Source: Gemmatimonas sp.
GTDB taxonomy: Bacteria > Gemmatimonadota > Gemmatimonadetes > Gemmatimonadales > Gemmatimonadaceae
Reading direction: 5' to 3'
Assembly: GCA_965279375.1 (NCBI GenBank)
Contig: OZ257156.1
Span: 4,832,001 to 4,896,000 of the forward strand
DNA length: 64,000 bases
Shown here piece by piece: positions 19,813-29,555 of this stretch; the stretch's first letter is position 1, and each line of letters opens with the position of its first letter. The position numbers and the translations under genes are program-made. Under the pieces are notes generated by a model. It ran no database searches and had not been told where the DNA came from. It was given only the letters and a program-made list of their open reading frames with translations.

Positions 19813-19912
19813 CATCAGTTGTTCCTGCAGACTAGATGCGGGGACAAAAGTGGTCAAGCACTGAGAATATCAAAATTGGGACAGTTTGCTGAGCCGCACC
19901 GGCACTCGGCGA

Positions 19913-21994
19913 CTACCGCGGCCAGCTGTTATCCGCCGGGTTCTTGTCCGGAAAACGCTTGTGCGGGTCGAGCGTGAGCTTCTCGATCTTGCGGCCGCCA
20001 AACACGAGCTCGGCGTTGAAGGTCTTGCTGCCGGCGAACCAGACGTCCACTGGCCAGGTCACGACCGCGGTCACGCTGTCCGTCATCACCGCGTTCTTCA
20101 TCGGGCGAATGGCCGGACCGGTCGGCGCGAACTTCACCTCCAGCACCACCGGCGACGGCATCTGGCCGTCCTGCTTCACCACCACGCTGGTGCGGAAGCC
20201 CTTCGTCTTCACGGTGTCGATGCGCGCGTCCACACTCTCCGTCGTGAACAGCCACGCGTTCCAGAACCAGCTCAGATCCTGACCCAGCGCTTTGTTCATG
20301 AAGAACATGTAGTCCCACGGCGACGGGTGCTTGAAGAGCCACGCGTTGGCCCACTCGCGGTGCGCGCGCTGCACGGCGCTGTCACCGACGATGCCGCCGA
20401 GTGCGGAGAGCATGAGCGGCGTCTTGCTGTAGGTCGTGAAGCCGTAGAAGCCGGGGCCCGCGTAGTTGGCGTTCCACATCATCGGCGGTTCGGCTTCATT
20501 GCCGCTGGTGCGGCCGTAGCTCTGTCCCGGCCCGTCGAGCACCGGCGCACGCTTGGCTGCATCGGCGTCGGAGAGGATGTTCATGTACTGATTGAAGCCC
20601 TCGTCCATCCAGCCGTACCACGTCTCGTTATTGCTCACCACCATCGGCCACCACTGATGGCCCGTCTCGTGGTCGGCAGCGCCCTGGTTGGAGTTGATGA
20701 CCATCGGGTACTCCATGCCGGCGCTGGGGCCGTCCTGCAGCGTGAGCTGCGGAAACTGATACGGGAACCAGAGCTTGCTGTAGAACTCGAGCGCGTGGCG
20801 CGAGATCTCGCCGGCACGAGCGTACTGCGCCGCGCGTCCCGGCAGGTAAAGCATGTGCACCGGAATCGCGCCCTTGGTCGGAATCGTCGCACGCGTGGCC
20901 GTCCAGACGAACTTCTTGGCGGTGGCCCACGCGAAGTCGTTGACCGTGTCGGCATGGAAGCGCCAGACGAGGCGGCCGCGTGCGTCACCCGTGGCGGTCG
21001 CTACGCCGGGCCCCACTTCTTCGGGTCCAACGATGGTGGTGTTGGCATCGGACGCGGTCACGGTCGCGAGCCGCTCGCGCGCCTTGGCGGTGAGCACCTG
21101 CTCCGGGTTCTGCAGCACGCCCGTGCCGCTCACGATCCAGCCGGCGGGCACATCGATGCGCACGTCGAAGGTGCCAAAGTTGTTGTAGAACTCGGAGGGA
21201 CCGATGTAGAGCTCGGAGTCCCAGCCGCGGAGATCGTCGTACACGGCCACGCGCGGGAACCACTGCGTGGGCTGGTAGAGCGTGTCTGCCCAGCGCTGCA
21301 CCATGCGATGCCCCGAGCCGGGGCCACCGGGCAGCTTGTGCGACCAGTCGATCTCGATGGTCGACGTCGCGCCCGCGGCGATGGCGTTGCTGAGTCGGAC
21401 GCTCGCCGACGTGGACCGACCGTTGCGCAGTACCGGCTCCGAGGCAGGCGCGTTGGCCGCGTTGGCTTGGGCGGCCGCGATGGCCCGCGCGCCGGATGCA
21501 CCGTCGCCAGCCGGCGCGCTATTGGAAGAAATGTTGACCGTTTTGCCGTCGATGGACATGCGCGAGATGACCATGCCGTCGGTCACCTCCGCAGGCACCC
21601 ACGGCGCCGCGTGCGGCGCATTGCCGAGGAAGTGATTCGGGTCGAGTCGGAGCGCGATCGCCGTGAGCGAATCCTTGCTGGTGTTGTGCAGGGTAATGCG
21701 CGCCTTGCCGGTCAATCGGGACGTAGACGGATCGAGCGCGACATCGATGCTGTAGTCGGTGCGCAACTGCCAGTAATTGCGACCGGGACGACCCGTGGAG
21801 TCGCGGGTGCCGGCAGCGTACGCACGACGGATGGCGCTGGTGATCGGGATGTCGCGACGGATCGCGCGCTCGGGCAGCTTGGCGGCGGCAGCGCCGCGCG
21901 CAGTAGCCTGAGCGGCCAGCGAGGTCGCGGACGCGAACGTGAGCAGTGACCAAACCGTGACGCGCGCGACGAACGGACGATGACGACGGGACAT
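19913..21994 (-). CDS. Secreted M1-family metallopeptidase (paralog of 2371-4377)
   Basis: AGMEYP, HETGH..WMDEG. Shares YWQ.R.DY and QWFPR.AVYDD.RGW blocks with the first M1 gene. Confidence 0.9.
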   Translation of the reverse strand: MSRRHRPFVARVTVWSLLTFASATSLAAQATARGAAAAKLPERAIRRDIPITSAIRRAYAAGTRDSTGRPGRNYWQLRTDYSIDVALDPSTSRLTGKARITLHNTSKDSLTAIALRLDPNHFLGNAPHAAPWVPAEVTDGMVISRMSIDGKTVNISSNSAPAGDGASGARAIAAAQANAANAPASEPVLRNGRSTSASVRLSNAIAAGATSTIEIDWSHKLPGGPGSGHRMVQRWADTLYQPTQWFPRVAVYDDLRGWDSELYIGPSEFYNNFGTFDVRIDVPAGWIVSGTGVLQNPEQVLTAKARERLATVTASDANTTIVGPEEVGPGVATATGDARGRLVWRFHADTVNDFAWATAKKFVWTATRATIPTKGAIPVHMLYLPGRAAQYARAGEISRHALEFYSKLWFPYQFPQLTLQDGPSAGMEYPMVINSNQGAADHETGHQWWPMVVSNNETWYGWMDEGFNQYMNILSDADAAKRAPVLDGPGQSYGRTSGNEAEPPMMWNANYAGPGFYGFTTYSKTPLMLSALGGIVGDSAVQRAHREWANAWLFKHPSPWDYMFFMNKALGQDLSWFWNAWLFTTESVDARIDTVKTKGFRTSVVVKQDGQMPSPVVLEVKFAPTGPAIRPMKNAVMTDSVTAVVTWPVDVWFAGSKTFNAELVFGGRKIEKLTLDPHKRFPDKNPADNSWPR

Positions 21995-22156
21995 GGACGC
22001 GATTGGGAAAGGGAGAAATGGCAACAGGAGTACGCTGGGGGGCGCGGGGTATCGGGGCAAGGCTGATCTCCCCGGAGAAGCGGGCCGAGGTGCATTCCCG
22101 GAGGCATTTCCGCGGCTACATTCTGCGATCATGAATGCTTCCCGCCCCGCTGCGGC

Positions 22157-23257
22157 ATGACGCTGGCGCTCGAACGTATCGCGCACCGTGTTGGCCAGGC
22201 GACGCACATCTATCCGCTCGACCTCACGCTCGAGGCAAACGCGCTGACCGTACTTCTCGGTGCGACGCGCGCTGGCAAGACAACGTTGCTCCGCATCATG
22301 GCCGGACTGGATGTGCCATCGGAGGGACGCGTCCGTGCAGACGGCACCGACGTGACGGGTCGATCGGTGCGTGATCGCAACATCGCGATGGTCTATCAGC
22401 AGTTCATCAACTATCCGTCGCTCACGGTGGCGGAGAACATCGCCTCGCCGTTGCAGCGCCAGGCCGCGAGCGGTAGCGGCTTGTCGAAATCAGAGATTGA
22501 GGCGCGTGTGCAGGCCATCGCCACCCGACTCAAGATCGACCAGTTGCTGGACCGCCGGCCAGCGCAGCTCTCGGGTGGGCAGCAGCAGCGCGTGGCACTG
22601 GCGCGTGCACTGGCCAAACGTGCGCCGCTGATGCTGCTGGATGAACCGCTGGTCAATCTCGACTACAAGCTGCGTGAGTCGCTGCGCGACGACCTGTGCG
22701 AGCTGTTCGCCGCCGGAGAGTCCACCGTGGTGTACGCCACGACCGAACCCGCTGAGGCGCTGTTGCTGGGCGGGCACACGGCCGTGCTCGACGCGGGCGA
22801 GCTCCTGCAGTACGGCCCTACGCACGAGGTTTTCCACGCGCCGCGTTCCCTGCGCGTGGCACGTGCGTTCAGCGATCCGCCGATGAACTTTCTCGCCGGT
22901 CACGCGGCGGAAGGACAGGTGCGGTTGGCGAACGAGAACGTCTGGCCGATCACCTCGCCACACGCGAGTGCGCCACTCACCGGTGCGTGCACGGTCGGTC
23001 TGCGTGCGGGCGCGCTACGCCTGACGCAGCGCCCAAACGACATCTCCATCGCCGCGACCGTCACGCTGGCCGATATCGCGGGCTCCGACACGTTTCTGCA
23101 CGCCGACACCATGCTCGGCGGACTGGTTGCGCAGTTGCCCGGCGTGGTGCTGCTCGATGCGGGCGAACGCGTGGTGCTGCACTTCGATCCATCGCAGCTT
23201 TACCTGTTCGATGGCAACGGCGCGCTCGAGCTGGCACCGCAGCTGGGGCGACGCTGA
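22157..23257 (+). CDS. ABC transporter ATP-binding subunit 1 (glycerol-type, GlpS-like)
   Basis: GATRAGKTT, MVYQQFINYP, LSGGQQQR, LDEPLVNLDYKLRE, YATTEP. Confidence 0.88.
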   Translation: MTLALERIAHRVGQATHIYPLDLTLEANALTVLLGATRAGKTTLLRIMAGLDVPSEGRVRADGTDVTGRSVRDRNIAMVYQQFINYPSLTVAENIASPLQRQAASGSGLSKSEIEARVQAIATRLKIDQLLDRRPAQLSGGQQQRVALARALAKRAPLMLLDEPLVNLDYKLRESLRDDLCELFAAGESTVVYATTEPAEALLLGGHTAVLDAGELLQYGPTHEVFHAPRSLRVARAFSDPPMNFLAGHAAEGQVRLANENVWPITSPHASAPLTGACTVGLRAGALRLTQRPNDISIAATVTLADIAGSDTFLHADTMLGGLVAQLPGVVLLDAGERVVLHFDPSQLYLFDGNGALELAPQLGRR

Positions 23258-23258
23258 C

Positions 23259-24383
23259 ATGGCGCAGATCGATCTCGCCCTGTCGCATTCGTACGTCGCA
23301 CACCCCACGCGCGCAGAGGACTACGCGCTGCATCCACTGACGATGCGCTTCGATGACGGCGGCGCCTATGCGCTGCTCGGGCCGTCAGGCTGCGGCAAGA
23401 CGACGATGCTCAACCTGATCTCGGGGTTGCTGACGCCGTCGCAAGGCACAGTGCTCTTCGACGGGGTGGATGTGACCGAGCGCGCACCGCAGCAGCGCAA
23501 CATTGCGCAAGTCTTTCAGTTCCCCGTTGTGTACGACACGATGAGTGTGGCGGAGAATCTCGCCTTCCCGCTCAAGAACCGTGGTGTGGATGAGGCACGC
23601 ATTCGTGCGCGCGTGGGGATCATCGCCGAGATGCTCGATTTGAGTGCGCAGCTCGATCGACGCGCGGCGGGGCTCACCGCCGACGCCAAGCAGCGCATTT
23701 CGCTCGGCCGCGGCCTGGTGCGCGAGGATGTGGCCGCGGTGCTCTTCGACGAGCCGCTGACAGTGATCGATCCGCAGCTCAAGTGGCAGCTCCGACGCAA
23801 GCTCAAGCAGGTACACGCGGAACTCAAGCTGACGCTCATTTACGTCACGCACGATCAGGTGGAAGCACTCACCTTCGCCGATCAGATCGTGGTGATGATG
23901 CAGGGGCGCGCGGTGCAGACCGGCAGCGCGGCCGATCTCTATCAGCGACCATCGCACCCGTTCGTGGGGCATTTCATCGGCTCACCGGGAATGAACTTCG
24001 TGCGCGCGCGGGTCGAAGCGTTCGCGCTGATTCTCGCGGGCCAGCGCGTGCCGCTCGGCACCGCGCTTCATGGTGGCCGCACGGAATTTCCGAGTGGCGA
24101 CTTCGTGTTGGGTGTGCGACCGGAGTACGTGACGCTGACCGAAGCGCACGCACCGGGGGCTGTCCTGGGACACGTCACGCAGCGGCAGGAGTTGGGCATG
24201 TACGTTCTGGTCACCGCTCGTATCGGTGAGGGCGACGCCGCGACGACAGTGCGCGCCCGTTTACAGTCAGAGGAAGTGATACCGCGTGTGGGAGACGAGG
24301 TATGGCTGCAGCTGGCGGGCACGCACAGCTGCGCGTACGCACCAACGCTGTTTGACGAGTTGACCGCGGCGGGAGTGCGATGA
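23259..24383 (+). CDS. ABC transporter ATP-binding subunit 2 (glycerol-type, GlpT-like)
   Basis: GPSGCGKTT, QVFQFPVVYDTM, degenerate signature LTADAKQ, FDEPLTVIDP, YVTHDQ. Confidence 0.88.
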   Translation: MAQIDLALSHSYVAHPTRAEDYALHPLTMRFDDGGAYALLGPSGCGKTTMLNLISGLLTPSQGTVLFDGVDVTERAPQQRNIAQVFQFPVVYDTMSVAENLAFPLKNRGVDEARIRARVGIIAEMLDLSAQLDRRAAGLTADAKQRISLGRGLVREDVAAVLFDEPLTVIDPQLKWQLRRKLKQVHAELKLTLIYVTHDQVEALTFADQIVVMMQGRAVQTGSAADLYQRPSHPFVGHFIGSPGMNFVRARVEAFALILAGQRVPLGTALHGGRTEFPSGDFVLGVRPEYVTLTEAHAPGAVLGHVTQRQELGMYVLVTARIGEGDAATTVRARLQSEEVIPRVGDEVWLQLAGTHSCAYAPTLFDELTAAGVR

Positions 24384-25276
24384 AAACGCCCAAGCCGATC
24401 AACCAGAAGGCGTGGCTGCTGGTGCTGCCGGTGGTGTTGTGTGTGGCGTTCTCGGCGGTGCTGCCGCTGATGACCGTGGTGAACTATTCCGTGCAGGATA
24501 TCATCTCGCCGGAGCGACGCATCTTTGTGGGCACGGAGTGGTTTGCCGCCGTGCTGCGTGACAGCGACCTGCATGCCGCGCTGGGGAGACAGCTGCTGTT
24601 CTCGCTGTGCGTGCTGCTGGTGGAAGTGCCGCTCGGCATTGCGCTGGCGCTGTGCATGCCCGCCACGGGATGGCGCGCGTCGGCCGTGCTGGTGGTGATT
24701 GCGTTGTCGTTGCTGGTGCCGTGGAACGTGGTGGGCACCATCTGGCAGATCTTCGGGCGCACCGACATCGGATTGCTCGGCACGACGCTCACGAAGTTGG
24801 GGATCGACTACAACTACGCCGGGCACGCGGGCGACGCGTGGCTGACCGTGCTGCTGATGGATGTGTGGCACTGGACGCCGTTGGTGGCCCTACTCTGCTT
24901 TGCCGGCCTGCGTGCCATTCCCGATGCGTACTATCAGGCCGCACGCATCGATGGCGCGAGTGCGTTCGCCGTGTTCCGCTACATCCAGCTCCCCAAGCTG
25001 CGTGATGTGCTGATGCTGGCGATTCTGCTGCGTTTCATGGACAGCTTCATGATCTACACGGAGCCGTTCGTCCTCACGGGCGGCGGGCCGGGCAACGCCA
25101 CCACGTTCCTCAGTCAGTATCTCACACAGAAGGCCGTGGGACAGTTTGACCTGGGGCCAGCGGCCGCGTTCTCGCTGATCTACTTCCTCCTGATCCTGCT
25201 GTTTTGCTTTGTGCTGTATCAGTGGATGCAACGCGTGGGGGAGGAATCGAACATGGCGGAGGGCGGCAATGGCTAA
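24380..25276 (+). CDS. Carbohydrate ABC permease (GlpP-like)
   Basis: Multiple TM segments, MDVWHWTP, EAA-like QAARIDGAS, LLRFMDSF. Confidence 0.9.
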   Translation: MKTPKPINQKAWLLVLPVVLCVAFSAVLPLMTVVNYSVQDIISPERRIFVGTEWFAAVLRDSDLHAALGRQLLFSLCVLLVEVPLGIALALCMPATGWRASAVLVVIALSLLVPWNVVGTIWQIFGRTDIGLLGTTLTKLGIDYNYAGHAGDAWLTVLLMDVWHWTPLVALLCFAGLRAIPDAYYQAARIDGASAFAVFRYIQLPKLRDVLMLAILLRFMDSFMIYTEPFVLTGGGPGNATTFLSQYLTQKAVGQFDLGPAAAFSLIYFLLILLFCFVLYQWMQRVGEESNMAEGGNG

Positions 25277-26087
25277 GCCTCGCCTGCGTATCGGTGTGCG
25301 TACGCTATTTCTGATCGCATACCTCCTGTTCGCCATCGTGCCGGTGTACTGGATGGTGAACATGTCGCTGCGTTCCAATCAGGAGATCGTCTCCGCGTTC
25401 AGCTTCTTTCCGCGCGCGCTCACGCTGGAGCACTACCGCACCATCTTCACCGATGCGTCGTGGTACTCGGGCTACATCAATTCGCTGATATACGTCGCGC
25501 TCAACACGGTGATCTCCCTCGCCGTCGCGCTTCCGGCAGCCTACGCCTTCTCGCGCTATCGTTTTCTGGGAGACACGCACGTCTTCTTCTGGCTGCTGAC
25601 AAACCGCATGACCCCGCCGGCGGTCTTTCTGCTGCCGTTCTTTCAGCTTTACTCCACGTTGGGGCTGATGGATACGCACATCGCCGTGGCGCTGGCGCAT
25701 CTCGTGTTCAACGTGCCGCTCGCGGTGTGGATTCTCGAAGGCTTCATGAGTGGGATCCCCCGTGAAATCGACGAGACGGCGTACATCGACGGCTACAGCT
25801 TTCCGCGCTTCTTCGTCACGATGTTCCTGCCGCTGATCAAGGCCGGCGTTGGTGTGGCGGCGTTCTTCTGCTTCATGTTCAGCTGGGTGGAGCTGCTGAT
25901 GGCGCGCACGCTCACCAGCGTGAACGCCAAGCCGATCGTCGCCGTCATGACGCGTACGGTGTCTGCCTCCGGCATGGACTGGGGGGTACTCGCCGCGGCC
26001 GGAGTGCTCACGCTGGTGCCGGGTGCGATCGTGATCTGGTTCGTGCGCCACTACATCGCCAAGGGCTTCGCCATGGGACGCGTCTAG
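25269..26087 (+). CDS. Carbohydrate ABC permease (GlpQ-like)
   Basis: AAYAFSRY, LLTNRMTPPA, EAA-like DETAYIDG, ends KGFAMGRV. Confidence 0.9.
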   Translation: MAKPRLRIGVRTLFLIAYLLFAIVPVYWMVNMSLRSNQEIVSAFSFFPRALTLEHYRTIFTDASWYSGYINSLIYVALNTVISLAVALPAAYAFSRYRFLGDTHVFFWLLTNRMTPPAVFLLPFFQLYSTLGLMDTHIAVALAHLVFNVPLAVWILEGFMSGIPREIDETAYIDGYSFPRFFVTMFLPLIKAGVGVAAFFCFMFSWVELLMARTLTSVNAKPIVAVMTRTVSASGMDWGVLAAAGVLTLVPGAIVIWFVRHYIAKGFAMGRV

Positions 26088-26100
26088 TGGGAGGCCGCTG

Positions 26101-26409
26101 ATGCTGCGCTGGATGGCGTGGACACCGCCGGTGGCGATTTTTTTCGGCACCATCGTGCTCGTGCTGATCGGTATGACGGTGTGGGAGATCAAGTCGCCCA
26201 GTATCACGCGACGCGGCTTTCTCCCCATCGCGACCACACGCGGCGATCGGCTCTTCATCGGCCTGCTGTCGATGGCCTTTGCCAATCTCGGGTTCGTCGC
26301 CTTCCGTGAGCGACTGGGCGCCGCAGTCGGCGCCGCCTCGCCACCGTCGATGCTGATCGGCTTGGGCGTCTCGCTGCTGTTACTGCTCTGGATCATGCGA
26401 AAGGGCTGA
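26101..26409 (+). CDS. Small membrane protein DUF2160 (GlpU-like)
   Basis: WMAWT and RRGFLPIATTRGDRLFIGLL motifs. Sits between the permeases and the binding protein. Confidence 0.85.
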   Translation: MLRWMAWTPPVAIFFGTIVLVLIGMTVWEIKSPSITRRGFLPIATTRGDRLFIGLLSMAFANLGFVAFRERLGAAVGAASPPSMLIGLGVSLLLLLWIMRKG

Positions 26410-26464
26410 CCGGCCGCTACGTTCGCAGCCACAGTTCCCGCCACCACTCTCCGTTCGAGGCCTC

Positions 26465-28213
26465 GTGCGCCGCTCATCATCCTACGCTGCTGCCCTGACG
26501 GCGCTATTCGCCGTCGCCTGCGGTGGCGACGCTCCCAAGTCGTCTGCCCCCAGCCGCACTGCTGCGGCGTGGATCGACAGCGAATTCCAGCCGTCGACGC
26601 TCACCAAGCCAGAGCAGACCGCCGAGATGCAGTGGTTCGCCGATGCGGCCGCCAAGCTCAAGGCGAAGGGCGTGAAGAAGATCTCCGTTGTGTCGGAAAC
26701 AATCACAACGCACGAGTACGAGAGCAAGACGCTGGCGAAGGCGTTCACCGACATCACCGGCATCGAGGTCGCACACGACCTGCTGCAGGAAGGCGACGTC
26801 GTCGAGAAGCTGCAAACGTCGATGCAGTCGGGGCAGTCGATCTACGATGGCTGGATCTCCGATTCCGACTTGATCGGCACGCACTATCGCTACGGCAAGA
26901 TTCTCTCGCTCACCGACTACATGGCGGGCGCAGGCAAGGAGTTCACGAGCCCCACGCTCGATCTCACGGACTTCATCGGCACGAGCTTCACGACCGCGCC
27001 AGACAAGAAGCTCTATCAACTCCCCGACCAGCAGTTCGCCAACCTCTACTGGTTCCGCGCCGATCTCTTCGCGCGCCCGGAACTGCAATCGGCCTTCAAG
27101 GCCAAGTACGGTTACGACCTCGGCGTGCCGCTCAACTGGAGCGCTTACGAAGACATCGCCGCCTTCTTCACCAACGACGTGAAGACGATCGACGGCAAGC
27201 CGATCTACGGCCACATGGACTACGGCAAGAAGGACCCGTCGCTCGGCTGGCGCTTCACCGATGCGTGGCTCTCGATGGCCGGTGCAGCGGACATTGGCAC
27301 GCCGAATGGTCTGCCCGTGGACGAGTGGGGCATTCGCGTGGCCGACGACAAGTGCACACCGGTCGGCGCGTCGGTCTCGCGCGGCGGTGCGACGAATTCG
27401 CCGGCGGCCGTGTACGCGCTCACGAAGTACGTGGAGTGGCTCAAGGCCTACGCGCCCAAGGAAGCAGCGGGCATGACCTTCGGTGAGTCGGGCCCGGTGC
27501 CGGCGCAGGGGCAGATCGCGCAGCAGATCTTCTGGTACACCGCATTCACCGCCGACATGACCAAGCCGGGTCTTCCCGTGGTGAACGCCGACGGTTCGCC
27601 CAAGTGGCGCATGGCGCCCGGCCCCAATGGCCCGTACTGGAAGCCCGGGATGCAGAACGGCTATCAGGACGTTGGCTCCTGGACGTTCTTCAAGGATCAC
27701 GATCCGAATCAGCTCGCGGCCGCGTGGTTGTACGCGCAGTTCGTCACCAGCAAGACGGTGTCGCTCAAGAAGTCGATCACCGGTCTGACGTTCATCCGCG
27801 ACAGCGACATCCGCGCCGAGTACTTCACCACCAACGCCAACAAGTACGGTGGTCTGATCGAGTTCTATCGCAGCCCCGCGCGCGTGGCGTGGACCCCCAC
27901 GGGCACCAACGTTCCCGACTACCCCAAGCTCGCGCAGCTGTGGTGGAAGAACGTGGCGGTTGCTGTCACCGGCGAGAAGACGCCGCAGCAGGCGATGGAC
28001 AACCTCGCCGACGAGATGGATCAGGTGATGGCGCGACTGGAGCGTGCAGGAATGGCGGCCTGTGCACCCAAGCTCAATCCTGCTGGAGATCCGTCGACGT
28101 ACCTCAGCGAAACGAACGCGCCCTGGAAGCAACTCGCGAACGAGAAGCCCAAGGGCGCGACAATCAGCTACGACACCTTGCTGACTGCGTGGAGGCAGGG
28201 GCGCGTGCGCTAG
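26465..28213 (+). CDS. ABC substrate-binding lipoprotein (GlpV-like, glycerol)
   Basis: Lipobox AVAC, VVSETITTHEYE, DSDLIGTHYRY, LPDQQFANLYWFR, WTPTGTNVPDYPKLAQLWW. Confidence 0.88.
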   Translation: MRRSSSYAAALTALFAVACGGDAPKSSAPSRTAAAWIDSEFQPSTLTKPEQTAEMQWFADAAAKLKAKGVKKISVVSETITTHEYESKTLAKAFTDITGIEVAHDLLQEGDVVEKLQTSMQSGQSIYDGWISDSDLIGTHYRYGKILSLTDYMAGAGKEFTSPTLDLTDFIGTSFTTAPDKKLYQLPDQQFANLYWFRADLFARPELQSAFKAKYGYDLGVPLNWSAYEDIAAFFTNDVKTIDGKPIYGHMDYGKKDPSLGWRFTDAWLSMAGAADIGTPNGLPVDEWGIRVADDKCTPVGASVSRGGATNSPAAVYALTKYVEWLKAYAPKEAAGMTFGESGPVPAQGQIAQQIFWYTAFTADMTKPGLPVVNADGSPKWRMAPGPNGPYWKPGMQNGYQDVGSWTFFKDHDPNQLAAAWLYAQFVTSKTVSLKKSITGLTFIRDSDIRAEYFTTNANKYGGLIEFYRSPARVAWTPTGTNVPDYPKLAQLWWKNVAVAVTGEKTPQQAMDNLADEMDQVMARLERAGMAACAPKLNPAGDPSTYLSETNAPWKQLANEKPKGATISYDTLLTAWRQGRVR

Positions 28214-28277
28214 GCTCCCCAGCCAGCGACACGCCCCCACACGCCACGTCGTTTTCTACATCAACGCTTCGCCTCGA

Positions 28278-28865
28278 CTACCGGCCGCGGCGCCCACCGC
28301 CGCGGCTCACGAACACGATCGGCTGCACGAACCCGCCGCGGAATCCGATGCCGCCGTACATGCCGTACATCCACGGATCATAGAACGGATACGCGCCGTA
28401 ACCGAATCCCATGCCGTAGCCGTATCCGTAGCCCCAGCCGTTGGGCGACCGACGCGTCTGCTCGTTTGAAGAGACCTCGAGCGGCGCGACGGAGACACTC
28501 GCGTTCCCCTGCACATCCTTGCATGAACGCTTCTGTTTGTCCGCCTTCGCGACCAGCTTGCCATCCTTCCACAACTCCATCGCTTCGCGCGACTTGGACG
28601 ACAACTCGACGGTCTCCCGAGCGCCCAGCGTCAGCTTCGTGTGCTCATTCGACTTGGCGATCGAGTACTCCAGCTCCACCGACTGTGTCCCGTCGTTGCG
28701 AATGAGAAAGCGATCGTCGCACAGATAGCCGAACGTCAACTGCGCCGCATCGGCGATCGGCGTGCGCGAGACTTCCACCACCTGCGCATCCAATCGCATC
28801 GCATTCGACACGCCGGCTACCGCGACAGCGCAGAACGACAGCGCGACCCTACGTAGCGTGTGCAT
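28278..28865 (-). CDS. Secreted hypothetical protein with Gly/Tyr-rich C-terminus
   Basis: AGGAGAGG RBS, signal peptide, two Cys, GWGYGYGYGMGFGYG...RGGGRRGR tail. Confidence 0.75.
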   Translation of the reverse strand: MHTLRRVALSFCAVAVAGVSNAMRLDAQVVEVSRTPIADAAQLTFGYLCDDRFLIRNDGTQSVELEYSIAKSNEHTKLTLGARETVELSSKSREAMELWKDGKLVAKADKQKRSCKDVQGNASVSVAPLEVSSNEQTRRSPNGWGYGYGYGMGFGYGAYPFYDPWMYGMYGGIGFRGGFVQPIVFVSRGGGRRGR

Positions 28866-29126
28866 GGTGCCTCTCCTGATGTAAGCGCCTTTGCCGCATC
28901 GGCCCCCGCCGATACTCGCGCTGGCCTTCAATGCAGTAGACACGTGCGCCGAATGACACCCTACATGTCCAGGCAGTAGGACGGTCGAGTCTCGGATTGA
29001 GGGCAGATCGTCGCCTCCCGATGCTGCGGGGCACGAATTGTGCACCTCGCTTTCAGACGGTGGCGGAGACTCTTGCCGCAACATCGTCAGGTTCTGTGCT
29101 GGCCCTCCTTTCGGCAATCAGCAGCG

Positions 29127-29555
29127 ATGGAACGTGACGTGGGGCAGATGCACCGCGCGATCGCCTTGCACATCAGCCGAACACGTGCCGACAGCGTCGC
29201 CGTTGCTGAGTCAGTCCTGAGTAGCTACCGCGCGATCACGGCCGCGCTGGCGCCGATCATCGGCAGGCAGGGCGTCGGTGCGCTGCAGCTGCGCAGCGTC
29301 CAGCTGGCACAGACGCGCTACCCGTGGATTGCACTGGGGCAACTCCCAACGGGCACATCGGTCGACCTCGACGCGCTGCGCGCTGCATTGGTTGCACGGC
29401 CACACGATGAAGCCGTGCCCGCTGGCGTTGCCGTGCTCACATCGTTCTGCGACCTGCTGACGAGTCTGGTCGGCGCATCGCTCACCTGGCGCCTGCTCGA
29501 TGGCGTTTGGCCACCCCTTCGCGGCGGCGATCTCACGCAGGAAGCTGCGCAATGA
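29127..29555 (+). CDS. Conserved hypothetical protein coupled to the KaiC-like ATPase
   Basis: All-helical LAPIIGRQGVGAL...LLTSLVGASLTWRLL. Stop overlaps the ATPase start (ATGA). Confidence 0.75.
   Translation: MERDVGQMHRAIALHISRTRADSVAVAESVLSSYRAITAALAPIIGRQGVGALQLRSVQLAQTRYPWIALGQLPTGTSVDLDALRAALVARPHDEAVPAGVAVLTSFCDLLTSLVGASLTWRLLDGVWPPLRGGDLTQEAAQ

Noticed and set aside
19777..19815. Leader peptide MDRGLLPPIAAT as an attenuator
   Set aside because: It has no regulatory Met/Cys codon run and is fully explained by overlap with the SAM-II-like aptamer.
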